Below, one piece after another: positions 1-9,078 of a stretch of DNA of 64,000 nucleotides (within the stretch, counting starts at the first letter, position 1; the number at the start of each line of letters is the position of its first letter). The notes under the pieces were generated by a model. The model ran no database searches and had not been told where the DNA came from. It saw only the letters and a program-made list of their open reading frames with translations. Position numbers and translations under genes: made by a program. This DNA comes from Corallococcus coralloides (GTDB lineage Bacteria > Myxococcota > Myxococcia > Myxococcales > Myxococcaceae): NCBI RefSeq assembly GCF_004104415.1, contig NZ_CP034669.1; one strand, given 5' to 3'.

Positions 1-418
1 TTCGCGGCCCCGTTCTGCGTGGCCCTGGCGCGGATGCTGGGCATGGCGCGCGTGCCCTTCACGGGCGCGTCCGAGAGCGTCGCGGGATCGCCGGGCGGAG
101 GCGTCGCCGCGCGGCGGCCGCTGGTGCTCCGGGCACCGCCCTTGAGCTTCAGCTCGTAGTCGCCCAGCAGCACCTGCGAGGCCGGCGTCAGCGCCGTGGG
201 CCCCTCGATGCGCTCGCCGTCCACGAAGGTGCCGTTCTGGCTGCCTCCGTCCTCGACGTAGACGGCGCCGCCCTCCACGTAGACGCGCGCGTGCTGCCGC
301 GACACGCCGCCTTCCGTGAGGACCAGGTCATTGCCCTGCTGGCGGCCGATCTTCAGCTCGCCCGCGATCTCGTGCTCGTGCTCAGTGCCGTCAGGGTGAC
401 GGACGACCAGGGTAGGCA
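1..418 (-). CDS. FHA domain-containing protein (N-terminal part; C-terminus runs off window start)
   Basis: Own reverse translation from ATG (cat at 416-418): MPTLVVRHPDGTEHEHEIAGELKIGRQQGNDLVLTEGGVSRQHARVYVEGGAVYVEDGGSQNGTFVDGERIEGP... canonical FHA motifs (GR..xxD..L, SRxHA, GSxNGT). Not in ORF track because it is truncated by the window edge. Confidence 0.75.
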
Positions 419-426
419 TGGGCGCG

Positions 427-2196
427 TCAGTCCTCGCGGAAGATGCTCATGTTCACGGGGATGCCCTTGCGCTGGAGCTCGTCGTAGAACTTCGGGACGA
501 AGCCCGACGCCACGTAGCGGCCACGCACCTTGTGGTCTTCCGTGAAGCCGTCCTGCTTGTAATAGAAGATGTCCTGCAGGGTCACGATGTCGACCTCCAT
601 GCCGGACACCTCGGTGATGAAGCAGATCTTGCGGGAGCCGTCGGAGAAGCGCGTCTGCTGCACGATGAGGTGCACGGCGCTGGCGATCTGCTCGCGGATG
701 GCCTTCACCGGCAGCTCCATGCCGGACATGAGCACCATCGTCTCCAGCCGGGCAATCGCGTCGCGCGGCGTGTTCGCGTGCAGCGTGGTGAGCGAACCGT
801 CGTGGCCGGTGTTCATGGCCTGGAGCATGTCCAGCGTCTCGCCGGAGCGGCACTCGCCCACCACGATGCGGTCCGGCCTCATGCGCAGGCAGTTCTTCAC
901 CAGCTCGCGGATGGTGATGGCGCCCTTGCCTTCCAGGTTGGGCGGGCGGCTCTCCAGCTGCACCCAGTGGTCCTGCGGCAGCTGGAGCTCCGCCGCGTCC
1001 TCCACCGTGATGATGCGCTCACCCTCCGGGATGAACGAGCTGATGATGTTCAGCGTCGTCGTCTTCCCGGAGCCCGTGCCGCCGGAGATGACGATGTTGC
1101 GCCGGGCCGTCACGCACATCTCCAGGAACTCGGCCATCTGCGCGGTGACCGTCTTGTATTTGATCAGGTCCTGGATCTTCAGCGCGTCCTTCTTGAACTT
1201 GCGGATGGTGATGCAGGGGCCCTTGAGCGCCAGCGGCGGGATGATGGCGTTCACGCGGCTGCCGTCCTTGAGGCGCGCGTCCACCAGCGGGCTGGATTCG
1301 TCGATGCGGCGGCCAATGGGCGCCACGATGCGCTCGATGACGCCGAGCACCGCCTGGTTGGAGGAGAACGTCTTCTCCGACAGGGTCAGCTTGCCCTTGC
1401 GCTCGATGTAGATCTGGTTGGCGTGGTTCACCATGATCTCGCTGATCTCTTCCGACGCGAGGAACGCTTCCAGGGGCCCCAGGCCCAGCGCCTCGTTGAT
1501 GACGTCGGTGAGCAGCTCCTCCCGGTCCACGTCCCCGGGAAGCTCCTGGTCCGCCTCCATCTGGTCGATGATGTCCCGGATGGCCTTCTCGGTGCGGCGC
1601 CAGAGCTCCTCGTCCCCGAGCCGGTCCATGTCCATGCGGCGCAGGTCCAGGTACTCGATGAGCCGGTCGTGGATCTCCTTCTGGAGCCGCGAGTAGCGCT
1701 CCAGCCGGGGGTCCACCTTGCGCTTGTTCTTCGCCATGGCCGCGGCCATGGACGCGGGCATGCGGCTGGGAGCCGCGGGGGCGGGCGCGGGCTCCTCCTC
1801 CTCGTAGGGCTCCTCTTCTTCGTAGGCCTCTTCCTCGTAGGCCTCTTCGCCCTGCTCCTCGTCGTAGGCCTCTTCCGCGGGCTCTTCCTCCAGCGGCTCC
1901 ACGTTGAGGATGTAGTCGCCGATGGAGACCTGGTCGGTGGGCTTGAGCACCATGGGGCCGGCGATCTTCTTGCCGTTCACGAAGGTGCCGTTCGTGGACT
2001 TCATGTCCACGATGATGAAGCGACCGTCCTTTTCGACGATGCGGGAGTGGGTCTTGGAGACGTTCCCCTTGGCGAGCACGATGTCGTTGCCGGCAATCCG
2101 GCCGATCGTGATCTCGTTCTTGGGGTACTCCCGCTGCTCCGAACCGCCACCCTTCTCCGTCAGCGTGATGAGAAACATGGGGTGGGATGCTACCAA
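427..2196 (-). CDS. CpaF/TadA-family secretion ATPase (T2SS/T4P VirB11-like) with N-terminal FHA domain and acidic linker
   Basis: 589 aa ORF. N-term FHA (IGRIAGNDIVLAKGNVSKTHSRIV...STNGTFVNG), acidic EEAYEEE linker, then Walker A GGTGSGKTT and the rest of the CpaF/TadA-type ATPase core. Real start may be Met7 (MFLITL...). Confidence 0.9.
   Translation of the reverse strand: MVASHPMFLITLTEKGGGSEQREYPKNEITIGRIAGNDIVLAKGNVSKTHSRIVEKDGRFIIVDMKSTNGTFVNGKKIAGPMVLKPTDQVSIGDYILNVEPLEEEPAEEAYDEEQGEEAYEEEAYEEEEPYEEEEPAPAPAAPSRMPASMAAAMAKNKRKVDPRLERYSRLQKEIHDRLIEYLDLRRMDMDRLGDEELWRRTEKAIRDIIDQMEADQELPGDVDREELLTDVINEALGLGPLEAFLASEEISEIMVNHANQIYIERKGKLTLSEKTFSSNQAVLGVIERIVAPIGRRIDESSPLVDARLKDGSRVNAIIPPLALKGPCITIRKFKKDALKIQDLIKYKTVTAQMAEFLEMCVTARRNIVISGGTGSGKTTTLNIISSFIPEGERIITVEDAAELQLPQDHWVQLESRPPNLEGKGAITIRELVKNCLRMRPDRIVVGECRSGETLDMLQAMNTGHDGSLTTLHANTPRDAIARLETMVLMSGMELPVKAIREQIASAVHLIVQQTRFSDGSRKICFITEVSGMEVDIVTLQDIFYYKQDGFTEDHKVRGRYVASGFVPKFYDELQRKGIPVNMSIFRED
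1801..1875 (-). repeat. Imperfect tandem 15-nt repeat (ctcgtaggcctcttc x4) encoding the (EEAYE)n acidic linker of the ATPase
   Basis: Seen directly: ctcgtagggctcctc / cgtaggcctcttc / ctcgtaggcctcttc / gtcgtaggcctcttc on plus strand; in frame with the ATPase ORF. Confidence 0.6.
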
Positions 2197-2327
2197 GCCC
2201 TCCTACGACCTCAAAGACTCCTGCGACGCTCGCCCGCCTGCTGCCCGGAAACGGACGGGCCGGCACCCTCCCCCTCTGAAGCAGGGACGGGCCGGCCCGG
2301 ATCCGACGTGAGGGCGCTGAAGGGCCG

Positions 2328-3776
2328 TCAGTCGAAGATGTTGAAGTTCACCTCGGAGCGGGCCTGCTTGTAGCGGGTCTTCACGTCCTCGATGATGCTG
2401 CGGACCTTGTCCGAGTCCGGGTTCACGATGCGCGGGGTGACGAAGATCACCAGCTCGCGCTTGGTGGAGTCGAACGCGCGGTTCTTGAACAGCTCGCCCA
2501 CGATGGGGATGTGACCCAGGCCGGGCAGCTTCGCGACGGCCTTCTGCTCGTCGTGGCTGAACACGCCGGACAGCACGATGGTCTCACCGTGGCGCACGGT
2601 GACGTTCGTCTTGACCTTGCGGGTGCGGAAGCCGGGGATGGCGGACGAACCACCGAAGGACACGGACACGGAGGTGTCGATTTCGGAGGCCTCGGCCTCC
2701 ACTTCCGTCTGGATGTTGCCGTTGCGGTCCGCGGTGGGGCGGATGTTCAGGATGACGCCGTAGGGCTTGTACTCCACCGTGAACTGCGTGTTGGTGATGA
2801 GGGGGATGGGCACCTCGCCGCCGGCGAGGAACTCCGCCTTCTCACCGCTGGCGCACACCAGCTTGGGCTGCGCCAGCAGGCGGCCGTAACCGTCGTTGGC
2901 CTGGAAGCCGATGCTCAGGTCGGAGCCGCCCGTCGCGCCCAGCACCAGGTTGGAGATGGCGTCGCCGGAGGGGATGAGCGCCTTGTTCAGCGTCGCGGCG
3001 GCGGTCAGCGTGCCGGTGATGTCCGTGGGGTACTTGATGCCGTAGCGGTCGCGGCTGTTGCGGCGGATTTCGACGAACTGGACCTCGGAGAGGATCATCC
3101 GCTTGATGCCGACGACGAGCAGGTTCTCCACCTTCTCACCGATGGCCTTGGTGATGAGCTCCGCCTTCTGGAGGTCCTGCTGGCTCTCCACGGAGCCCTC
3201 CAGGAAGATGGTCGCGCCCACCACGTTGGCCTGCACGTTCTTCAGGCCCGCCTTCTGGAAGGCCGCGTTCAGGTTCTGGGCGACGAGCTTCTTGGCGTTG
3301 GGGGCGATCTTCACGAACGACTTCACGTTCGGGTACAGGCTCACCACCTGCTCGATGCGGTCCGCGTCCTGCGTGGTGTAGGCCTGACCGTCCAGGTAGA
3401 TGCGGTCGCCCACCATGCGCACGGACACGCCTTCGATTTCCCCCAGCAGGCGCTTGATTTCGGAGATGACCTCGTTGGGGTCCTGCTTGCGGACCGTCAC
3501 CAGGTAGCTGATGCGCTGACCGGAGGACTTCCAGACGAGCAGCGTCGTCTTGCCCTCGGCGTTACCGGTGACGAGCAGCTGGCCGGTGCCGAGCGTCTTC
3601 ACCTCGGCGATGGACGGATCTCCCAGCGCGACGCGGCTGAGGCCGGGAATGGTGAGCACCTTCTGGGTACCCACCCCCAGGCTGACGGAGCTGCCCTCCT
3701 GGGCCAGGGCGGGGGCACTGGCCACCAGGGTGACGAGGGCGCCGAGCGCCAGGGCTTGCGTGAAGCGAGTGGACAT
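2328..3776 (-). CDS. Secretin, CpaC/RcpA (Tad/Flp pilus-type) family outer-membrane channel
   Basis: 482 aa, signal peptide (ALALGALVTLVASAPALAQE), N-terminal BON/secretin-N like region, C-terminal secretin domain (…VPGFRTRKVKTNVTVRHGETIVLSGV…PGLGHIPIVGELFKNR…ELVIFVTPRIV). Confidence 0.9.
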   Translation of the reverse strand: MSTRFTQALALGALVTLVASAPALAQEGSSVSLGVGTQKVLTIPGLSRVALGDPSIAEVKTLGTGQLLVTGNAEGKTTLLVWKSSGQRISYLVTVRKQDPNEVISEIKRLLGEIEGVSVRMVGDRIYLDGQAYTTQDADRIEQVVSLYPNVKSFVKIAPNAKKLVAQNLNAAFQKAGLKNVQANVVGATIFLEGSVESQQDLQKAELITKAIGEKVENLLVVGIKRMILSEVQFVEIRRNSRDRYGIKYPTDITGTLTAAATLNKALIPSGDAISNLVLGATGGSDLSIGFQANDGYGRLLAQPKLVCASGEKAEFLAGGEVPIPLITNTQFTVEYKPYGVILNIRPTADRNGNIQTEVEAEASEIDTSVSVSFGGSSAIPGFRTRKVKTNVTVRHGETIVLSGVFSHDEQKAVAKLPGLGHIPIVGELFKNRAFDSTKRELVIFVTPRIVNPDSDKVRSIIEDVKTRYKQARSEVNFNIFD

Positions 3777-3822
3777 CGTGTGAATCCCCTTCTTGCGTGC
3801 GCGCGCCCGGCCTGACGGCGCG

Positions 3823-4359
3823 CTATCCCAGATGTTGTTGCTGCCACCACATGGCCCAGAAAGTCCCGAGCGCGATGGAGACGCCGTAGGGGATGTGTCG
3901 CGCGGGAGCGGGCGAGGTTTCCTCGCGCATCCATTTCATCCGCACCGCCCAGCGACGGGCCACCGCCGCCAGCGTGTCCCAGACGGCCCCCTGCCACAGC
4001 AGCGTGACGATGGCCTGCAGCGCGCCCGTCAGCGAGATGAAGGCCGCCGCGGCGAGCACCGTGGGAAAGCCCAGCACGCAGCCCACGCCCGCCATCAGCT
4101 TGACGTCACCCCACCCCATGCGCCCGCGCAGCGCACCCGGCACCAGCAGCGCCGCGAGTCCCGCGCCCGCCAGAAGCCCGCTCACCACCCCCGACTCCAG
4201 CCCGCCCACCCCTTCGGACACACCGCGCACCCCGAGCCCCAGCACGATGAGCGGATAGGTCACGGCGTTCGGGATGAGCCGGCGCAGCACGTCGGTCACC
4301 ACCGCAATCACCAGGGCCACTCCCAGAATCGTCCACAGCGCGAGCTGAACAGGTGTCAT
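3823..4359 (-). CDS. Prepilin peptidase, A24 family (CpaA/TadV-like)
   Basis: 178 aa polytopic membrane protein; conserved D…IP motif (VVTDVLRRLIPN) and GxGDVKL motif (MGWGDVKLMAGVG) typical of type IV prepilin peptidases. Confidence 0.85.
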   Translation of the reverse strand: MTPVQLALWTILGVALVIAVVTDVLRRLIPNAVTYPLIVLGLGVRGVSEGVGGLESGVVSGLLAGAGLAALLVPGALRGRMGWGDVKLMAGVGCVLGFPTVLAAAAFISLTGALQAIVTLLWQGAVWDTLAAVARRWAVRMKWMREETSPAPARHIPYGVSIALGTFWAMWWQQQHLG

Positions 4360-4471
4360 TCGGCACCTGCTCCCATGGGGAGCAGGCGACCCCCATCAAA
4401 CAATGGAGGCCCTGAGGCCGTCAATTCCTGAACAAGGCCATCGCACCGTGGGGCCCCGCGTCATGCCGGCA

Positions 4472-5329
4472 TCAGTGGATGACGAGGCGGATCTTCTCAC
4501 TGCAGATGAAGTACTCGTCCCCGTCCTCGACCTTGCGGCGCTTGATGCGCTGCTTGTTGAACCAGGTCCCGTTCGAGGAGCCGAGGTCCTCGATGTAGAA
4601 GTCGCCGCCGTCGCGGGCGATGACGGCGTGCTCGCGCGACACCTTGCCGGAGTTGATGACGAAGTCGCAGTGCTTGCCGCGGCCGATGACGTAGCGGTCC
4701 TTGACGATCTTCTCCTGCTCGCCGGACTCCAGGACGAGATAGAGCGAGGCGCCCTCCTCCTCGTCCGGCTCCTCCATCGGCTCTTCTTCTTCGGCCTCCT
4801 CGGGAGGCTCGTCCTGCATGTCGTCGAGCGGCGGCTCCTCCTGCTCCGGCAGGGGCTCCTCCTCGTCCTCGATCATGTCGTCCGCGGAGGGCGGGGGCGG
4901 CTCGTTCTTGCCCTTGATGAGCCGCTCCAGTTCCGCGGCCGTCTCCAGGACGCGCTCGGCGACCTCGCGGCGCACCGGATCATTGTCCAGCCCGTTGGAG
5001 GACGGGCGCTCCTCCGCGTTGCGCGCGGCGGGACGCGCGGCCGGCGCGGGGGCGAGGACTGGAGGACCGCCCTTGGCAGCGGCGGCCGGCGTTGGCGAGG
5101 CGGAGGGACGCGCCGCCGGGGCGGGCGCGGGTGACGGCACCGCCGCCACGGCGGGCTCGCCCTTCGTCTTCACGTCAATGAAGCCGTTGAGACGCGCGAA
5201 CATGAACAGCGCCTGGTTGATGAGCGCGTCGCGATCCGACCCCATCTGCTGGGCCATCTCTTCGTACGTCTCCCACAGGTGCTCGGCGATGCCGACCTTG
5301 CGTGCGGGACGGGAGTTCTGATCGATCAT
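4472..5329 (-). CDS. FHA domain-containing protein (C-terminal FHA, central acidic Pro/Glu-rich disordered region)
   Basis: 285 aa; C-terminal FHA (YVIGRGKHCDFVINSGKVSREHAVIARDGGDFYIEDLGSSNGTWFN); long A/P-rich and E/D-rich low-complexity middle. Confidence 0.8.
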   Translation of the reverse strand: MIDQNSRPARKVGIAEHLWETYEEMAQQMGSDRDALINQALFMFARLNGFIDVKTKGEPAVAAVPSPAPAPAARPSASPTPAAAAKGGPPVLAPAPAARPAARNAEERPSSNGLDNDPVRREVAERVLETAAELERLIKGKNEPPPPSADDMIEDEEEPLPEQEEPPLDDMQDEPPEEAEEEEPMEEPDEEEGASLYLVLESGEQEKIVKDRYVIGRGKHCDFVINSGKVSREHAVIARDGGDFYIEDLGSSNGTWFNKQRIKRRKVEDGDEYFICSEKIRLVIH

Positions 5330-5392
5330 CGGTCTTGGCTCGGGAAATGCTGGACGTGGGGAACGATAGCAGAGCCGGCTGGGCGCGCCCAG

Positions 5393-7546
5393 TTACTGGA
5401 ACGCCCGGAGATACGTGAGGTTGTCCAGGTTGTCGGTGATGGACTCCAGGGCCACCTGGAGCACGCCGTCCGCTGAAGGATAGGCGACGTAGGCCAGGCT
5501 GGCGCCGTCCACGTCCGTGGCCACCACGGAAGCAGGCAGGGTGTAGACCGCCAGGTTGCTCGACTGACTGGTGTCCACGCCGAAGACGTAGCGGCGGAAG
5601 CGCGGCAGCAGCGTCACCACGTAGCGGTCACCCGCCACCAGCCGGCTCCCCGCCCCGATGGTGGGCGTCAGCGTGAGCGTCAACGGCGCGGGCGCGAAGG
5701 TGGTGGGCGACTTGGGCGGCTCCAGGCCCAGGTCGAAGCCGTCCGGGTGGTAGTAGTAGTCCAGGACGCTGGAGACCGTGTACGCCTCGCCGACGTTGAG
5801 CCGCTGCAGGTACGTGTCGCCGGTCTCCGCGCCGGAATAGAGCACGAAGGGCTTCACGTTCGGGCCCGCGCGCACGGAGAACAACGGGTACGACGCGCAG
5901 GGCTCCGCCGCGTCGGCGACCGCCGGGTCCGACAGGTCCGGGTAGAGCCGCGTGAGGCCATTGCCCTGGTCCTCCAGGCGCAGGATGGGGATGACCGCCG
6001 CGCAGGCACCCGCGTTGTTCGCCAGGATGATGGAGTCGCCGGGAATCACGCCGCGGGCCTCCACCAGGGGCGTCTCGATGAGGAGCGCGGGGTCCTCCTG
6101 GGTCAGGTCGCGAGAGAGTCCGACCAGTCCGGGCAGCACGCCCTGGAAGACGAAGCGGTACGTCCCGCCAGGCACCGAGCCGTTGCAGAGGAACGCCGTG
6201 GCGTTGGTCGTATCCGTCACCTGGGGGCAGCCGGGCTGCTCCACGAGGATGCCCTGGAACTGATCCACGCGCGCCACCTCGTTGTTGTCACGCAGCTCCG
6301 CGGACACCGACGAGTTCAGCGCCTTGTTTTCGGAGTCGCGGTCCAGGTTGAACGCGCGCCGCTCGTCCGCGCGGAACAGGGTGATCCGCCCGTCGGACGA
6401 CGGCATGATGCCCAGGAGCGGAATGGGGGTGAGGTAGGGCACGCTGTCCGCCCGGAGCTCGCGGACCTCCAGGCCCGAGCGCAGCGTGAGGCCCGTGGGC
6501 AGACCCGCGGACGGCCGCAGGGTCAGCATGGGCGCGCCGGTGACGTCGCGGGCGAGCACCGGCGCCGCGGACGGCGCCAGCGGATCCGGCCCATTGTCGA
6601 GCGCGATGACGCCCTCGCAGTCAGACGAGTTGCACGTCAGCTCATCCAGCACCACGAACACGTAGCGGCCCGCGGGCTCGGTCACGGTGTCCGACACCTT
6701 GTAGCTGGGGTGCGTGGTCACGAGCCGCGCCGGGATGTCCACCAGGTCCGCGTAGTTGGGCACCGCGTAGGGCGCCGGCCGCGGCCGCTTGTAGGGGATC
6801 TCCACGGAGGCCCCGTCCGCGACGACGCGCACCAGCCGGCTGGTGCCGGACACGTTGCGGATGGCGACCACCAGCGAGTCCGCCACGCCGGCCCGCGCGG
6901 GCAGCGTGACCATGGACATCACCGTGTCCGCCGGCTTGAGGCAGAAGACGGGCAGCGCGGGAGGGAGCCCGGCGGCGTCGAAGCCCTCCGGGCCGGGCAG
7001 GTCCTGGCGCATCACCACCCCGCCGCCGAAGGGGCCGCAGAGCTGCTCGGCGGCCTCCGGGCGCGTCTGGAGCGCGTAGTACAGGACGCTCGGCTCGCCC
7101 TCCGCCACCGGGGCGTGCGCGGCGAAGGCGGTGATGAGCTGGCCGGTCGCCAGGCGCGTCACCTCGTTGAGGCGCGCGCGGTCCGCGGCCACCACGGAGA
7201 TGCCGCGTCCGCCGGAGCTGCGCGCGTAGATGTACGGGCCGGACACGTCCTCGCCCTTGTCGTTGTAGCCCACGTCGCGGGTGAGCGAGTCGGGCCGCGC
7301 GATGACGGGGATGGCCAACGGCTCCAGCGGGTTCGGCGCGGGGATGAACTCACGCGGCGCGCGCGTCAGGTCCAGCACGCGCAGCTCATCCCGGTCCTGC
7401 GAGGTGACGAAGACGAGCTGGTTGGAGAGCACCACGTCGTACGTGCCGGACAGACCGGCGGCGCCCGCGGTGCTGGTGGTGTCGGAGCAGGCGAGCGCGA
7501 GGCTCGCGCCGCTCAGCAACAGGGCAGCAAGAAAGCCGCGCTTCAA
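5393..7546 (-). CDS. Large lipoprotein of unknown function (about 717 aa)
   Basis: Track ORF 5393..7564 (GTG). A TTG at 7544-7546 gives a textbook lipoprotein signal, MKRGFLAALLLSGASLALAC, and sits 4 nt after the upstream gene stop (tgaccttgaag). No recognisable catalytic motifs; no homology call possible by eye. Confidence 0.6.
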   Translation of the reverse strand: MKRGFLAALLLSGASLALACSDTTSTAGAAGLSGTYDVVLSNQLVFVTSQDRDELRVLDLTRAPREFIPAPNPLEPLAIPVIARPDSLTRDVGYNDKGEDVSGPYIYARSSGGRGISVVAADRARLNEVTRLATGQLITAFAAHAPVAEGEPSVLYYALQTRPEAAEQLCGPFGGGVVMRQDLPGPEGFDAAGLPPALPVFCLKPADTVMSMVTLPARAGVADSLVVAIRNVSGTSRLVRVVADGASVEIPYKRPRPAPYAVPNYADLVDIPARLVTTHPSYKVSDTVTEPAGRYVFVVLDELTCNSSDCEGVIALDNGPDPLAPSAAPVLARDVTGAPMLTLRPSAGLPTGLTLRSGLEVRELRADSVPYLTPIPLLGIMPSSDGRITLFRADERRAFNLDRDSENKALNSSVSAELRDNNEVARVDQFQGILVEQPGCPQVTDTTNATAFLCNGSVPGGTYRFVFQGVLPGLVGLSRDLTQEDPALLIETPLVEARGVIPGDSIILANNAGACAAVIPILRLEDQGNGLTRLYPDLSDPAVADAAEPCASYPLFSVRAGPNVKPFVLYSGAETGDTYLQRLNVGEAYTVSSVLDYYYHPDGFDLGLEPPKSPTTFAPAPLTLTLTPTIGAGSRLVAGDRYVVTLLPRFRRYVFGVDTSQSSNLAVYTLPASVVATDVDGASLAYVAYPSADGVLQVALESITDNLDNLTYLRAFQ

Positions 7547-7548
7547 GG

Positions 7549-9078
7549 TCAGTTCTCCTGGCACACGCTGGTGCCCTGGTTCGGATCGCGCTGCTGCTGG
7601 ATGCCCAGCTTCGCCACCAGCCGCGCGTCCTGGGGACGCGCCAGGTCGGGGAGGTCCACGATGGCCACCTGGCTGTCACCGAAGTTGGTCACGAACAGCC
7701 GCGCCGCGTTCGTCCCGGCGGGGTTGTCCACCGTCAGCCCGAAGGCCTGCGACGGGTTGCTGGTCTGGTTGAGTTCGTTGACGAGCGGCACCTGCGCCAC
7801 GACCTGCCCGAGCGCCTCGTCGTAGAGGGACAACGCGCTGTCGCCGGTGCTCGTCACCGCGATGATGTGGGTGTCCGCGTTGGACGTGCCCGGCGTCCGC
7901 GAGAGGATCTGCATGTCGCTCACGCCGTCGGGCATGGGCACCGCGGAGACCACGCGGAAGAAGGGCTGGGTGGCGGGGGTGCCCGGCACCGCGTCGTATT
8001 CGAAGTCCAGGGTGAGCAGCGTGTCCGGGCCGCGCGCCAGCAGGTACAGCCGCTCGCGCACGAGGTTCGGACGCGCCGCCAGCTCCTCCGCCGTCACCGG
8101 ACGGGGCACCACGCGCGCCGCGCGCGCCTCGCGGATGCGGTACTCCGACTGCAGCGAGGGCTCGAGGATGGTGCCGGGGTCGTTCTTGTCCACCAGCCGC
8201 AGCACGAAGTTGCCGCCCACGGTGCCGTTGATGCCGGCCACGAAGTTGCGGCCCGTCACGTAGAGGTAGCCCGCGCCCACCGTCACCGAATCCGAGCCGC
8301 CGTAGAGGTAGCCCTCGGGTGACAGCGAGATGAAGCCCAGCGTGTCGCGCGTGGGGTTGTCCAGCTTCACCGTGGCCAGGTAGTTCTCGAAGTTGCTGCT
8401 GGACTTCGCGGGCGAGTCCGCCGCCTCCGAGTGCGTCACGTACAGGTTGCCGCTCGCCTCATCCACCGTCACGCCGATGGGCGACGGAGCGCGGGGCAGG
8501 CCCGCGCGGCCCTCGTCACTGAGGGACGACGGGATGTCGTCGGAGAGAGACAGCGCGCCGTCGCGGCAGTCCACGCCGCCCTGCACGCAGGTGAGCACCG
8601 GGGCGCCATTGGCCTCCAGGCTCACGTCCACCGCGTTCAGGTTGTTGCCCTCCGCGCGCGAGGGCACGAACAGGCGCGGCAGCCCCGTGGCGGGGTTCAC
8701 CCACATGCCCAGCTCACCCGCGAAGCTGCGGATCTGCACGAGCGACTCGTCCGCGGACGCCAGGTCCTCGAAGGCGAGCGCGGAGTCCGGGAGCACGCTG
8801 CCCAGGTGGGGCACCATGACAGCCTGCCCATCCACCTGCGTGCTCAGCGTGTCCAGGTTCAGCGCCACGACCGAGCCGGAGTCGTAGCAGTTGTCGAAGT
8901 TGGCGTTCGCAACGAAGAGATAGCCGTTGCTCACGGATGGCCCGCCCGCCGCCGGAGGGCGCCAGAACGCCACCCCGCTGGGGTACACGAAGCGGGTGGA
9001 CGGAGGCGGGTTCGGATCGGATTCAATCGAACACGCCCCGAGGAGCAGCAGCGCGGGGGTCAGGAAGTAGAGGCGCAT
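7549..9078 (-). CDS. Lipoprotein of unknown function (about 509 aa)
   Basis: Track ORF 7549..9309 has a junk Arg/Pro-rich N-extension. ATG at 9076-9078 (checked) gives MRLYFLTPALLLLGACSIESD (lipobox LLGAC). No recognisable catalytic motifs; no homology call possible by eye. Confidence 0.6.
   Translation of the reverse strand: MRLYFLTPALLLLGACSIESDPNPPPSTRFVYPSGVAFWRPPAAGGPSVSNGYLFVANANFDNCYDSGSVVALNLDTLSTQVDGQAVMVPHLGSVLPDSALAFEDLASADESLVQIRSFAGELGMWVNPATGLPRLFVPSRAEGNNLNAVDVSLEANGAPVLTCVQGGVDCRDGALSLSDDIPSSLSDEGRAGLPRAPSPIGVTVDEASGNLYVTHSEAADSPAKSSSNFENYLATVKLDNPTRDTLGFISLSPEGYLYGGSDSVTVGAGYLYVTGRNFVAGINGTVGGNFVLRLVDKNDPGTILEPSLQSEYRIREARAARVVPRPVTAEELAARPNLVRERLYLLARGPDTLLTLDFEYDAVPGTPATQPFFRVVSAVPMPDGVSDMQILSRTPGTSNADTHIIAVTSTGDSALSLYDEALGQVVAQVPLVNELNQTSNPSQAFGLTVDNPAGTNAARLFVTNFGDSQVAIVDLPDLARPQDARLVAKLGIQQQRDPNQGTSVCQEN

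Noticed and set aside
418-2373. 651-aa plus-strand ORF antisense to the CpaF-type ATPase, and similar giant ORFs (5747..7825, 9449..11395, 15711..18125, 22996..27342, 27835..31848, 38983..41922, 50016..53579, 59439..62675)
   Set aside because: Arg/Ala/Gly/Leu/Val/His-rich low-complexity translations lying exactly opposite strongly conserved genes (rpoB, rpoC, glyS, gcvP and others); classic high-GC antisense shadow ORFs.
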